IMG/VR virus record: IMGVR_UViG_3300032007_000003
Coordinates: 312,029 to 376,028 of that record
DNA: 64,000 nt
Strand: one strand, 5' to 3'
From: a virus
Lineage: Duplodnaviria; Heunggongvirae; Uroviricota; Caudoviricetes
Positions within the stretch are counted from its first letter, which is position 1. The number at the start of each line of letters is the position of its first letter. Of the stretch, positions 20,058-29,618 are shown piece after piece. Below the pieces are notes generated by a model. That model saw only the letters and a program-made list of their open reading frames with translations. It did no database searches and had not been told where the DNA came from. Both the position numbers and the translations under genes were made by a program.

Positions 20058-20909
20058 ATGACTAGAGAAGAAAACATCGCAGTTTATAGCAACACAATGT
20101 CTGTTGTTAAGAAGGGAGGATACATATCGCCAAATGATAAGGTGATTCAATTCCCAAATCCAAAAGCAATGATTGATGGAACTAAGTTCTATGGCAAGAA
20201 AGTTGTTAATGACTATGATTCCATCCCAAGATATGATACTGAAGTTAAGGTCATTAACCAAGATTGTATCTATGCTGCAAAAGACCTTATCGATAAGGGT
20301 TTTAACCCATGTGTGTTGAACATGGCATCATTCTCAACTCCAGGTGGTGGGGTCATTAAAGGTTCATCAGCACAAGAGGAAAATATCTTCAGACGTACAA
20401 ATATCTTCCAATCACTCTATCAGTTCCACTCAATTGGTGAGAACTATGGAATTGAACAAAAGGAAGAACGTTATCCACTTGATTATAACTTTGGTGGAAT
20501 TTATACACCTCATGTAGTTGTGTTCAAAGGTGGCTCAGATACACGTTATACGCCTCTAGAAGAGCCTTTTGAGATTGCTGTGGTATCAGTGTCAGCAGTT
20601 AAGAATCCAACGCTTAAAAACGGAAAATTAGAGCCTTGGGTGATTGATACTACCAAGTCAAAGATAAGACAGATTCTTGATATTGCACTTGAGAATGGAC
20701 ATGATTCGCTTGTGCTCAGTGCATTCGGTTGTGGCGCATATAAGACACCTCCTACTGAAATGGCAAAACTGTTCAAGGAAGTTATCGAAAGCAAAAACTA
20801 TAAGGGCGCATTCAAGGTGATACACTTTGCAATCATCAATGTTGCATCTACAAATGGTAGCCATAATCCAGAGGGGAACTTCCAACCATTTAAGGATATA
20901 TTAGGTTAA
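20058..20909 (+). CDS. TIGR02452/DUF2263 family macrodomain (microbial PARG-like ADP-ribose hydrolase)
   Basis: VLNMAS..TPGGG...GS.AQEE.IFRRT; LVLSAFGCGAY..PP. Confidence 0.88.
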   Translation: MTREENIAVYSNTMSVVKKGGYISPNDKVIQFPNPKAMIDGTKFYGKKVVNDYDSIPRYDTEVKVINQDCIYAAKDLIDKGFNPCVLNMASFSTPGGGVIKGSSAQEENIFRRTNIFQSLYQFHSIGENYGIEQKEERYPLDYNFGGIYTPHVVVFKGGSDTRYTPLEEPFEIAVVSVSAVKNPTLKNGKLEPWVIDTTKSKIRQILDIALENGHDSLVLSAFGCGAYKTPPTEMAKLFKEVIESKNYKGAFKVIHFAIINVASTNGSHNPEGNFQPFKDILG

Positions 20910-21403
20910 TGAATAAATTATATGTGCCATACATTTCTACTGAAAGCGTATTGGGACGTGGCAAAGAATATACCGAGGAAGAGATAGAACGTGGGTTTAA
21001 GACAAAGAAACTCTTCATGAAATTCATTGGGGAGCATAACCTTAAGAAACGTTTATATGACTCGCTCATACAGAAAGTATGGTGTAAGGGTCAAATCAAC
21101 TTTAGCACGTTTATCTATTTACCAGGTGATGCATTCCAGATGAATGTGCAGCCATTGTTCCCATACATCAAGAATGGAGAACCTAATGGATACTGGTTTG
21201 ACAGTGAATATGGTATCTTATCTCAGAAGTGGAGATTCTATCTGTTGGAACACTTGAAGGAAGTTGCGTCATTCAAGGAGGTTTCTCATTACAAGAAACA
21301 ACTTAGGAATGACATTTCCTTTAACGGTACGAAGGAAAGCAAGGAGCTTGAGGCATTATTCGCCAAGCATAGCATTCCATTCCAACGAAAAGAAATTGAT
21401 TAA
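20909..21403 (+). CDS. Hypothetical protein (family A-like)
   Basis: KFIGEHNLKKR...ILSQKWRFYL. Confidence 0.65.
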   Translation: MNKLYVPYISTESVLGRGKEYTEEEIERGFKTKKLFMKFIGEHNLKKRLYDSLIQKVWCKGQINFSTFIYLPGDAFQMNVQPLFPYIKNGEPNGYWFDSEYGILSQKWRFYLLEHLKEVASFKEVSHYKKQLRNDISFNGTKESKELEALFAKHSIPFQRKEID

Positions 21404-21405
21404 TA

Positions 21406-22104
21406 ATGAATAACTCTGTAAAATATAGTAAATGGAAAGAGGAAAACCCTAATTACTCTAAAGATTGGTATCAAGCCAATAAAGAGAAGATTAGGGAATC
21501 AGCCAAGAAGAAATACCAAGAAAAGGTTACAACAAAAATGGAACAAGCTTCTGCACTTCTAAACGATGAAGAGTGGAAGCCCATTCCTAATTTCGAAAAC
21601 TATAGAATAAATAACAAAGGAGTGGTTCTTAATAAATTTGGTAAAGAACTAAAACCTGGAAAAATCCCTTCAACTGGTTATCTTCACGTCTCTCTTTCCA
21701 ATAAAGAAGTAAAAGGAAAACATTTCTATATTCATCAATTGGTATGGATAGCATTCAATGGTGAAATACCAAATGGATTGTTAGTATGTCATAGGGATGC
21801 AAATACTGAGAACAATTCATTGGATAACCTCTGTCTAATGACACATAAGGAGAATTTGAATAAGCCAGAAACGATTGAGAGATTTAAGAAGAGTCAAAAG
21901 CTCTATCCTAGAACTCGAAACGGAAAGAAGAAAAAGACCGTCTATCAGTTTGACCTCGATGGCAACTTTATCAAAGAATGGGAAGGTGTTAAGACAACCG
22001 AGGAAGCTGGTTTTTCATCCTCTTGTGTTTCCTTATGTTGCACTGGCAAATATAAGAAACATAAAGGATTCATTTGGTCTTATAGTAATAAATTAGAAAA
22101 TTAA
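21406..22104 (+). CDS. NUMOD4-HNH-NUMOD1 homing endonuclease
   Basis: EEWKPIPNFENYRINNKG; HQLVW..F; CHRDANTENNSLDNL; VYQFDLDGNFIKEW...CCTG. Confidence 0.88.
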   Translation: MNNSVKYSKWKEENPNYSKDWYQANKEKIRESAKKKYQEKVTTKMEQASALLNDEEWKPIPNFENYRINNKGVVLNKFGKELKPGKIPSTGYLHVSLSNKEVKGKHFYIHQLVWIAFNGEIPNGLLVCHRDANTENNSLDNLCLMTHKENLNKPETIERFKKSQKLYPRTRNGKKKKTVYQFDLDGNFIKEWEGVKTTEEAGFSSSCVSLCCTGKYKKHKGFIWSYSNKLEN

Positions 22105-22120
22105 ACTAAAAACTAACATT

Positions 22121-22657
22121 ATGGAGAACGTAAGAGAAGGAAGTCTAATGCAAGAGATTGAGCTTGCATTGGAGAAAGCAAAAGGAGAGAAAGCTAAAAT
22201 TATAGCTGCTAACAAGGAGGCTGAAGTACCAGCTAACCTTAATGAAAGAATTAAGAGCCTTGTGCTTATTAAGTCAGAGCTTATCCGTGAGAACAGAAAA
22301 CATTTCATGAACTATGAACTCACAAGAGAGGCTGAGATTGAGGAACTTAATAAGATGGCTAATGCACGTGAGCAGAATGTTAAGGACTATACAGATAATG
22401 GTAGACTTGAGTTGGCAGAGGCTGATGCAAAGGAATTGGCACTCATTAAGGAGTTCTTACCATATGTTCCAGAAGGAGAGGAATTGGAGGAATTTATTAA
22501 TAACATGATAGACACATACCTTTCTGAACAAGCAGAAGGTTATGCACCTTCAATGAAGGATATGGGTAAAATAAAGGCTTTGGTTAATGCTACTTATCCT
22601 ACTGTGAATGGTAATGTCATCAAAGATGTATTAATGGGTAGAATAAATGGGAACTAG
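22121..22657 (+). CDS. GatB/YqeY domain protein
   Basis: GRLELAE...ELALIKEFLP...SMKDMGKI. Confidence 0.8.
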   Translation: MENVREGSLMQEIELALEKAKGEKAKIIAANKEAEVPANLNERIKSLVLIKSELIRENRKHFMNYELTREAEIEELNKMANAREQNVKDYTDNGRLELAEADAKELALIKEFLPYVPEGEELEEFINNMIDTYLSEQAEGYAPSMKDMGKIKALVNATYPTVNGNVIKDVLMGRINGN

Positions 22658-22973
22658 AGAATACAATATAATTACATCGAATAAGGGAGTCGCAGATAGT
22701 GATTCCCCTTCTTCAGTTAATAAAGAAACACTTGAGAAACTTGCTAAAAATGTACTAACAAATATGTCAACTAAAGAACTAAAGGAAGATGAGGGCGATG
22801 TCCTTTGTAAAATGGTTATAAAGGGTAAAGCATCTAGACTAAAAATTATAGTGGATAGAGTATTAGATACATATTATGAATCAGCCTATACCTCTGGAGG
22901 AATACACCATCCAGAGATAAACAAAAACCTTAAAATGACATTCATGATTCAAGAAGCTCAAGAAGAAAAATAG
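22647..22973 (+). CDS. Hypothetical protein
   Basis: Packed ORF. Confidence 0.65.
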   Translation: MGTREYNIITSNKGVADSDSPSSVNKETLEKLAKNVLTNMSTKELKEDEGDVLCKMVIKGKASRLKIIVDRVLDTYYESAYTSGGIHHPEINKNLKMTFMIQEAQEEK

Positions 22974-23018
22974 AGAAATAAATTTGGTTATCTCAGATTT
23001 TTTCCGTATATTTGCATC

Positions 23019-23315
23019 ATGAACTTTAAAGATATTAGCAATATACTCAAACAAAAAGGTTTCTACGGTTTTACAGTTAAAAGAGGAAACCATAAACTCA
23101 CATATACATTCAGAAGCATATCACGCTTCTGTGTGATGATTGTCGTAGAGGTGATTAGAGTCAATCCTGAGACGTTTGGGTGTAAAACTATGGTTGGTAG
23201 AATAACTATCAATGGGCAAGAAATTAATGACCTTAGAGAGCTTAAAAAAGCCTTTAAAAATGACATTCATGTGTTCCATAAAAAGGAATTCGTTAAAACC
23301 TTTAAACAAGCTTAA
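23019..23315 (+). CDS. Hypothetical protein, probably leaderless
   Basis: ATG 5 nt after -7 box at 23007. Confidence 0.7.
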   Translation: MNFKDISNILKQKGFYGFTVKRGNHKLTYTFRSISRFCVMIVVEVIRVNPETFGCKTMVGRITINGQEINDLRELKKAFKNDIHVFHKKEFVKTFKQA

Positions 23316-23441
23316 AACCTATGATTTCACTAAAACAAGTTAATACTGTATTAACAGCTATCGGAACTGCCATTACCACATTTGAAATAATGATGAAAAC
23401 ATTCAAGTGGTATGAAAATAAACATAAAAAGAAAGAAGACA

Positions 23442-23801
23442 ATGAGTGAGAATTTTAAAGTGAGGATGATTAGAACACCATCCTATGAAGATGAATCCAT
23501 ATTCATTATAATGGATAGGTTACAATCATTTTCCATTGAAAATCATACCTATTTTCTTGGCTGCAAACTCTATGTCACCAATCCAGGAGCTGACCGAAGT
23601 CGTAGAAATGGTGAAAAGATAGATAGTGACTTGATACTGAGAGGAAATGGTTATGACCCTATTCATAGAACCCAAGAGGATGTTTTTGAATTACCTACAA
23701 TTAGGGAATATACTAGATTTACAAACTTGTTAAAGAAAAACGGGTATTTCTACAATAGAAAGAAAGGTACATTAACAAAAAATGGGAGACTTGTTGGTTA
23801 G
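23442..23801 (+). CDS. Hypothetical protein, family B
   Basis: PTIREY...LLKKNGYFYNRKKGTL; start moved to ATG 23442. Confidence 0.7.
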   Translation: MSENFKVRMIRTPSYEDESIFIIMDRLQSFSIENHTYFLGCKLYVTNPGADRSRRNGEKIDSDLILRGNGYDPIHRTQEDVFELPTIREYTRFTNLLKKNGYFYNRKKGTLTKNGRLVG

Positions 23802-23815
23802 TCTCCCATTTTTAT
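23779..23815. terminator. Hairpin between convergent genes, about 75 nt downstream of the putative DGR variable region
   Basis: AAAAATGGGAGACT/AGTCTCCCATTTTT inverted repeat. Confidence 0.7.
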
Positions 23816-23888
23816 TAGGGAACGATATACCTGTTGACTCCAAATATCAATAATGTATAACTATTTGGTTGGTTTGGGAAGAGAACGA

Positions 23889-24650
23889 TTAATTCTCTGC
23901 CAAAACCCCACGAACAAGGCAGCCGAAGTAGCGGAAGCTGCCGTTACCCCAGTAAGCCCTGCCACTGAAAGAGCGCAAGTTGTAGGCGACATGCCTACTA
24001 TCAGTGCTAAGAGAACTAGACCAATAGTCACCGTTACCGCCTACGCCGTTGACACTGCCATCGAAACACTTGCCAGCAGCAGGGAAGAATAATGTCTTGG
24101 AACTATCTGCTTTATCTGTGCATAATATACCATATACATTGTTAACTTGAGTCCATGCAGTGTTTACGGCAGCACCAAGAGCTTGGAATTCAGCAGTTGT
24201 TGGCATACGCCAAGAGCCACCCCAATTAGCAACAGCGGCATCATCAGAAGCCTCAAGTACAGTCTTACCGTCAGTTGCATTGTACTTGGTCATTCCTGTA
24301 GCACCTGGTGAGCTTGTACCATTACCGTACTTATAGTCTGCCCAACCAAAGTATTTCTGTCCTTCACCACTACCTACTTGTTCAGCAGTATAACCTTGTG
24401 TGTCACCCCAAGCAAAGTATAAGCCATAATCACTTGGCTGCGAAGCACCAATGTTCATTGTTGCCCACTTGATGCCACCAATCTCAACGAAATCGTGACT
24501 TGGTGTTGGAGGTGTTGGTGAACTTGGATTGTAATGCACTGTATTGTTATCCACAGTAAGTGATACATTTGGTAGAATAAAATTAGCAGTATCTGCTGTA
24601 TAAGCATTATACTGACTCATTGTTTCAAATTTCTTTAAATATTTACTCAT
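23889..24650 (-). CDS. CLec-fold (Fib_succ_major/FGE-like) protein, probable DGR target
   Basis: WATMNIGA, GLYFAWG, WGGSWRMPT..E, FFPAAG, YWSSS, C-terminal RYFGCLVRGV; C-terminal region rich in C-ending codons. Confidence 0.75.
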   Translation of the reverse strand: MSKYLKKFETMSQYNAYTADTANFILPNVSLTVDNNTVHYNPSSPTPPTPSHDFVEIGGIKWATMNIGASQPSDYGLYFAWGDTQGYTAEQVGSGEGQKYFGWADYKYGNGTSSPGATGMTKYNATDGKTVLEASDDAAVANWGGSWRMPTTAEFQALGAAVNTAWTQVNNVYGILCTDKADSSKTLFFPAAGKCFDGSVNGVGGNGDYWSSSLSTDSRHVAYNLRSFSGRAYWGNGSFRYFGCLVRGVLAEN

Positions 24651-24664
24651 AATTTTCTAATATT

Positions 24665-25810
24665 TTATTTTTTTATTGTTTTTATATAAATATCAATCGC
24701 CTCTCTTATTATCTTTCCAATTCTATTATTCGATTCACCATACGGATAACGCATTGCATGATAAGCTGCCAAGTTGCCAGCTGCACGTTCTTGTGGTGCA
24801 TAGACAGCCCTATCCCTTGTGTTTCTAAAGTCTCTATAATAATTGAATTTGTCTTGCTGATTTGCCAAGTGAGGGACAAAGATAGTCTTTTGACCATTGT
24901 TATATTGGATTGGTGTATCATCCTCATCGTCCAAATCCTCATATGATTCTGGTCCGTAGTTACCATCAATGTAATCTTGCACCGTACAAGCTGTTATAGT
25001 TCCATCATTTCTCCAATCCTCAAATACCATGTGGTACTGCAACATGTCTTGTACATTTAACCCACTCTTCTCTTGAAGATTACGCAAGATATACTCAAGT
25101 GTAGTAGGGTCAGGTTGTTCACTCTCATAGAATCCAATCATTTCCTTCTCTGGCCATACTCTACCTTCACTGTTACCCAATTCAAAGTAATCGTAAAAGT
25201 CTGTGCCAATTTGTCGCATTGCTTCATCGATTCCGTCTCTATCACTGAAATCATAACCATCTGCAAGATTATCGCTTAAATATTCATATATTTCACTGCT
25301 ACTTGGGACGTTTGTGTTACCTTGGGTAACATTCTCTACGAACTCCCTAACATATTCATAGATGTCAACTGGTCCACTAACTTGGTCTCTTATTTCCTCT
25401 ATGAAATCATCCAAGTCTCTTGAGTCATATTCCGATACCCACACATCATCTTCTTCATTGTATTGATATCCGTATTCTTGGAAGTTAGATACGAAACCTT
25501 CCATAGCATCTGAAAGCTGATAAGCCTCATCATCTATCTGCTCACTCATTGAATCATTAAAATACTGCTCTGCACATTGCCCACAAGCGTTAGCATGAGT
25601 TGTCCAAGGCTCTCCTATAGCGAACTCCATAGTACCATTATAGTCTATAGGCCAGAAGCCAAATGGGAAACCATAGTCACCATTCCAATCAGCAGAATAT
25701 ACTTCTCCAGTTTCCTCATTCTCAAAATAAGGATGGTCAGTTCCAGCACAGAATTCTTTCTCGCTGTATATCTCGTTCAGCTTACTTTCCCTTATATGTA
25801 TTTTCTTCAT
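24665..25810 (-). CDS. Acidic hypothetical protein, 381 aa
   Basis: Long minus-strand ORF; IRESKLNE and IIREAI motifs at the termini. Confidence 0.8.
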   Translation of the reverse strand: MKKIHIRESKLNEIYSEKEFCAGTDHPYFENEETGEVYSADWNGDYGFPFGFWPIDYNGTMEFAIGEPWTTHANACGQCAEQYFNDSMSEQIDDEAYQLSDAMEGFVSNFQEYGYQYNEEDDVWVSEYDSRDLDDFIEEIRDQVSGPVDIYEYVREFVENVTQGNTNVPSSSEIYEYLSDNLADGYDFSDRDGIDEAMRQIGTDFYDYFELGNSEGRVWPEKEMIGFYESEQPDPTTLEYILRNLQEKSGLNVQDMLQYHMVFEDWRNDGTITACTVQDYIDGNYGPESYEDLDDEDDTPIQYNNGQKTIFVPHLANQQDKFNYYRDFRNTRDRAVYAPQERAAGNLAAYHAMRYPYGESNNRIGKIIREAIDIYIKTIKK

Positions 25811-25895
25811 CTTTATTCATTTAAGAATTATTAACGATAAATATTTGGTTATTTCAAAAATATTTCATATCTTTGCATCAGAAATAAAATAAAAT

Positions 25896-26126
25896 ATGGC
25901 TAATACAGTTAAAATACGTGGATGGATTTGTAGAAGCGAAGGATATAATCATATTGAGTTCTACGATACAAAACCAATTAGAGTGTGGGGCGAACACATT
26001 AATCATTGGACATATTCTGAAGTTTGCATGATACATATATTGCCATTGGAGATAATGCCAACGCTTGAATGGGAAAACGAACCAATTGAAGTGACATTAA
26101 CATTGTCAGTAGAACCCATAATATAA
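25896..26126 (+). CDS. Hypothetical protein
   Basis: Promoter at 25868; ends PIEVTLTL. Confidence 0.7.
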   Translation: MANTVKIRGWICRSEGYNHIEFYDTKPIRVWGEHINHWTYSEVCMIHILPLEIMPTLEWENEPIEVTLTLSVEPII

Positions 26127-26183
26127 AATATCTTATTGAAAGCCAACATACCTATATAATATATAAAGGTCACTGTAACAGTA

Positions 26184-26230
26184 AGGCATACTCTTCACAT
26201 GAAAATGTGAGGGGTGTGCCTATTTTTTTT
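26184..26230 (+). terminator. Rho-independent terminator
   Basis: AGGCATACTCTTCACAT-GAAA-ATGTGAGGGGTGTGCCT followed by a T-tract. Confidence 0.8.
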
Positions 26231-26382
26231 ATTGTTTAATTTAAAGTTTTAATTATTATGACAGACGAAGAAATTAGAAGACACGAAGAGTGGTATCGTC
26301 ATTATTTTGGTTATTCACATTTAACACCTGAAAGAAGATGTAAACGTGGAGCATTGACAGACCAATCAAAATATTGATGAAA

Positions 26383-26529
26383 ATGACCTTGGATGAAGGA
26401 ATAAAACATTGTAGGGAAAAAGCCTCTACTTGTTCTATTAAAGAATGCGCTGAAGACCATCTTCAATTAGCTAAATGGCTTGAAGAACTTAAATTGTTAA
26501 GGTTAAACTCTGTTAAAAAATTGGATTGA
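26383..26529 (+). CDS. Small hypothetical protein (MTLDEGIKHC...HLQLAKWLEELK)
   Basis: Hand translation, 48 aa. Confidence 0.65.
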   Translation: MTLDEGIKHCREKASTCSIKECAEDHLQLAKWLEELKLLRLNSVKKLD

Positions 26530-26580
26530 TTCTTGGTCAACCCAATTTTTTTTCGTATCTTTACACCAAAAATAGATTAT

Positions 26581-26781
26581 ATGGATAAATCAACTTTAAT
26601 TGCAGCAGAAAAAGCAGCAGACTATGAATATCGTAAGTTCTTCGATATGGGAGCAACAATAGAAGATTGCATAAACGCAGCTAAAGAAACTTATGAACAT
26701 ATAGCTGGAAAACCAATGGAAGACCCACTTGGATTCTTTGGTTATGACGAAGAAACATATGAGGAAATGAAATACCAATAA
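26581..26781 (+). CDS. Hypothetical protein
   Basis: Start moved downstream of promoter at 26556. Confidence 0.7.
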   Translation: MDKSTLIAAEKAADYEYRKFFDMGATIEDCINAAKETYEHIAGKPMEDPLGFFGYDEETYEEMKYQ

Positions 26782-26788
26782 AAATAGA

Positions 26789-26995
26789 ATGGAGAAGAAT
26801 AAGGATAAAAATAGAATCCATATATTAGTCGTTGATGTTAGTTTTAGCTATGGTGCTGACTTTCATACTGAAAAGGTAAACGGCAAACTGAATGAGATTC
26901 AAAACGCTGGTGGTGTTGTCATTGCTATGGAAACGCACCCAATGGTGTTTGCTGGCGATTCTAAGTTTAGAACAATAATAACATATAAGATATGA
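26789..26995 (+). CDS. Hypothetical protein
   Basis: Packed ORF. Confidence 0.7.
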   Translation: MEKNKDKNRIHILVVDVSFSYGADFHTEKVNGKLNEIQNAGGVVIAMETHPMVFAGDSKFRTIITYKI

Positions 26996-27672
26996 ATAAC
27001 ATTTACGACCCATTTAAAGCGACTGTAGAGTCAATCTTGGAAATGTGCGAGAAATACGGCTCTTTCGAGTCAATCTCTGAAGATGAACGTGTAAGAGCTA
27101 ACGATTTCCTCAACAATATCCGTGTGAAATGCAAGGATGCCATTGAGTATGACAAGCTCTTTCTAGCCAATATGGATAAGGACTTGAAGAACGCAGTTGA
27201 TTCCTACTACCATATGCATGCGGATAAGAATCTTGACTACATGTTCTTAGCCAAGACAGCCTCTCACTTTATAAACTGGGAGAGACGCAAACTAGAGAAA
27301 GAGTTAGACGATGACTTGGAGAAGGAAATCTTGAAGGAGTGGCGAAAACACGCTTTCTATCATTCGGATTACCACACAGACATTGTGCAAGTTCTTTTTA
27401 CTGGCTATCAAGACATTGCTCGTCATTTCGCTAATTGGCAAAAATCTACAGCCCAACTTGAGAAGTTGGTTAACACTAGCTATGAAAATGGCTATAAGCA
27501 GTGCAAGGAGGATATGATGAAGAATGCTATTAATGCTGAAATCATTGAAGTTGAGGACGTTAGCTATTCAATGAATGCACATACCCATCTTGAAATCTCC
27601 ACTGATGAAGACTTGGAGAAAAACTATAAGGATGGTGATAAACTTAATCTTATAATTCTAAAGAAAGAGTAA
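26992..27672 (+). CDS. Hypothetical protein
   Basis: Packed ORF. Confidence 0.75.
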   Translation: MNNIYDPFKATVESILEMCEKYGSFESISEDERVRANDFLNNIRVKCKDAIEYDKLFLANMDKDLKNAVDSYYHMHADKNLDYMFLAKTASHFINWERRKLEKELDDDLEKEILKEWRKHAFYHSDYHTDIVQVLFTGYQDIARHFANWQKSTAQLEKLVNTSYENGYKQCKEDMMKNAINAEIIEVEDVSYSMNAHTHLEISTDEDLEKNYKDGDKLNLIILKKE

Positions 27673-28011
27673 ATGTTTAAGGATTTTGAAGACTTTTGGA
27701 AGAATTCTGGTATCTTAGACACTGATTCATACAGATGCATAGCTGAAACGTATGAATTCACGAAAGATAACATACCACAAGCATTTGAAAGCTTCGGAAG
27801 GAATTGCTATACGTGGGGGCAGTCAGAGTCATTCGACCTTGGCAAAAGGTATGGACGTGCTGACATGATTGAGACAATGCTCACATTCTTCGAAATGATT
27901 AAAACTGCTGATGATATTAGTGTCATGAAAAAAATGATTGATACCATATCTGCTAGATATGCAGCCAAGATAGAAGAAGATGAGAATGGATTTCCAGTGG
28001 AGAAAACATAA
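27673..28011 (+). CDS. Hypothetical protein
   Basis: Packed ORF. Confidence 0.7.
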   Translation: MFKDFEDFWKNSGILDTDSYRCIAETYEFTKDNIPQAFESFGRNCYTWGQSESFDLGKRYGRADMIETMLTFFEMIKTADDISVMKKMIDTISARYAAKIEEDENGFPVEKT

Positions 28012-28091
28012 ATAAATGTTAAAAGTTGGGGTAATATTTTGTTATCTCAACTTTTTTTCGTATCTTTACAAAAAAAAAAAAGAAATAAATT

Positions 28092-28553
28092 ATGTGTTGG
28101 GTAGGTGAAGCAAATAATAGAAAAATAGCAAAAGAGGACATCAAGACAAAGAAAATTGTTGAGTCGATTGGTGGATGTTATCTCGCTTATTATCAAAAGT
28201 GGTTTGGTTATGAACTAGGCAAGACATATACTGCCAAAATATCTCCACGTGAATGGGTAAATGCTGATACTAAACGTGTAATTGATGTTGGTCTTCATTC
28301 CTATGCTTGGGATATGGAAGTGAAAAGAATGTGCGGTGGTGATATAAAGGTTAAAAGTCTTGGATATCTAGGTGGAACAACCACATTCATTAATCGTCAT
28401 AGCCCCTTAAGCCCAAACTACAAGATTGTTGTAGTGGAATGTACAATACCAAAGGGTACTGTCTATTGGGAAAATGCCGTTGGCGAGATTGTAAGTGAGA
28501 ATCTTATTATTGAGGGAGAAATAGAAATTGAAGATGACTGTAATTTTTGCTAA
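28092..28553 (+). CDS. Hypothetical phage protein
   Basis: GLHSY and ECTIPKGTVYW..GEIVS motifs; promoter at 28061. Confidence 0.75.
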   Translation: MCWVGEANNRKIAKEDIKTKKIVESIGGCYLAYYQKWFGYELGKTYTAKISPREWVNADTKRVIDVGLHSYAWDMEVKRMCGGDIKVKSLGYLGGTTTFINRHSPLSPNYKIVVVECTIPKGTVYWENAVGEIVSENLIIEGEIEIEDDCNFC

Positions 28554-29088
28554 TAATCACGATGTCGATTGTGAGACCTTACCAAAAATATGGGAGGGAC
28601 AGCCAAATGTCAACCTTATTGAGATTACCAAGGATTCAGAAGATTGGGAGGATAAGGTTGATGAAGCCATTGCAAGCGAGGAAGATACACTTATATTCGC
28701 TGGTCATGGCACAGAGAATGGTTTGCTCTTTCCAAACTTTGATAAGGGAATGTATATTCTCCATGAGAACAATGTACATCTTATCAGAGCAAAGAACGTA
28801 ATCTGTGTATGGTGCTATGCTGCAAACTTCTGTGAAGACCATCACCTCAAGGCATTTGCAACATCAATGTTTATTTCAAATGTAGCAGAGGCTTGGGATA
28901 ATTGTATCTATGGGTATAGTGATGAAGACATTGCTATGAATAGCAGAAGATTTGATTGTGAGCTTGGAAGACTATTGGAAGAGAATGTTCCACTCAGAGA
29001 ATGGTGTGGAAAGCTTATCAAACACATGGATGCTGAGAATGCAATCGATATGTTTAACAGACAAGGCGTAATGTATATCGAAGGATGA
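28528..29088 (+). CDS. Hypothetical protein, possible caspase/CHAT-like fold
   Basis: LIFAGHG followed about 30 aa later by VICVWC. Confidence 0.45.
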   Translation: MKMTVIFANNHDVDCETLPKIWEGQPNVNLIEITKDSEDWEDKVDEAIASEEDTLIFAGHGTENGLLFPNFDKGMYILHENNVHLIRAKNVICVWCYAANFCEDHHLKAFATSMFISNVAEAWDNCIYGYSDEDIAMNSRRFDCELGRLLEENVPLREWCGKLIKHMDAENAIDMFNRQGVMYIEG

Positions 29089-29249
29089 AACAAGATGATT
29101 ATTATGCTTGGTGGATTGCACCAGTGGTGCTCTTATTATTTACATTCCCTTGGATTCTCATGTTCATTGGAATACCAATGCCAATAGCAATGGGAATATA
29201 CGCTGCTTGTGTATTTGTGGGTTCTGTATGGTATTCTTGCAAAGATTAA
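29085..29249 (+). CDS. Small membrane protein (54 aa, not in track)
   Basis: Hand translation, two hydrophobic segments. Confidence 0.6.
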   Translation: MKQDDYYAWWIAPVVLLLFTFPWILMFIGIPMPIAMGIYAACVFVGSVWYSCKD

Positions 29250-29254
29250 GAGAT

Positions 29255-29614
29255 ATGAAAAATAAAGATGTAAAAATGATAGATAGAATCATTAGTGTAT
29301 TAGACCTTACCAAATGTCTTGGGCAGTCTGAGTATGATGAACTCGTAGAATGGCTCAATGCTCTTAAGGTTAAATGCATTGATGGTTGGAATAAGCAGAG
29401 CGAGAAAGACCTTTTCAATGAATATGTTGACTGGTCTTCAACCTATTATGCTGTCATTATGAAGGATTTCTCAGAAAGGGTTGTGGTATCATATGCTGAT
29501 GAAAGTTCTGATGGTAGTCGTAACAGCTATTTTGATTTCGTAGGCTCTAATGATGTAGTGGAATTCGATGATATTCTGTTTTGGAAGGAAATTGGAAAAC
29601 CAAATACAAAATAA
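29255..29614 (+). CDS. Hypothetical protein
   Basis: Start moved to MKNKDVK. Confidence 0.65.
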   Translation: MKNKDVKMIDRIISVLDLTKCLGQSEYDELVEWLNALKVKCIDGWNKQSEKDLFNEYVDWSSTYYAVIMKDFSERVVVSYADESSDGSRNSYFDFVGSNDVVEFDDILFWKEIGKPNTK

Positions 29615-29618
29615 ACAT

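Noticed and set aside
23853-24092. 79-aa plus-strand ORF
   Set aside because: Antisense shadow of the C-rich DGR-like variable region
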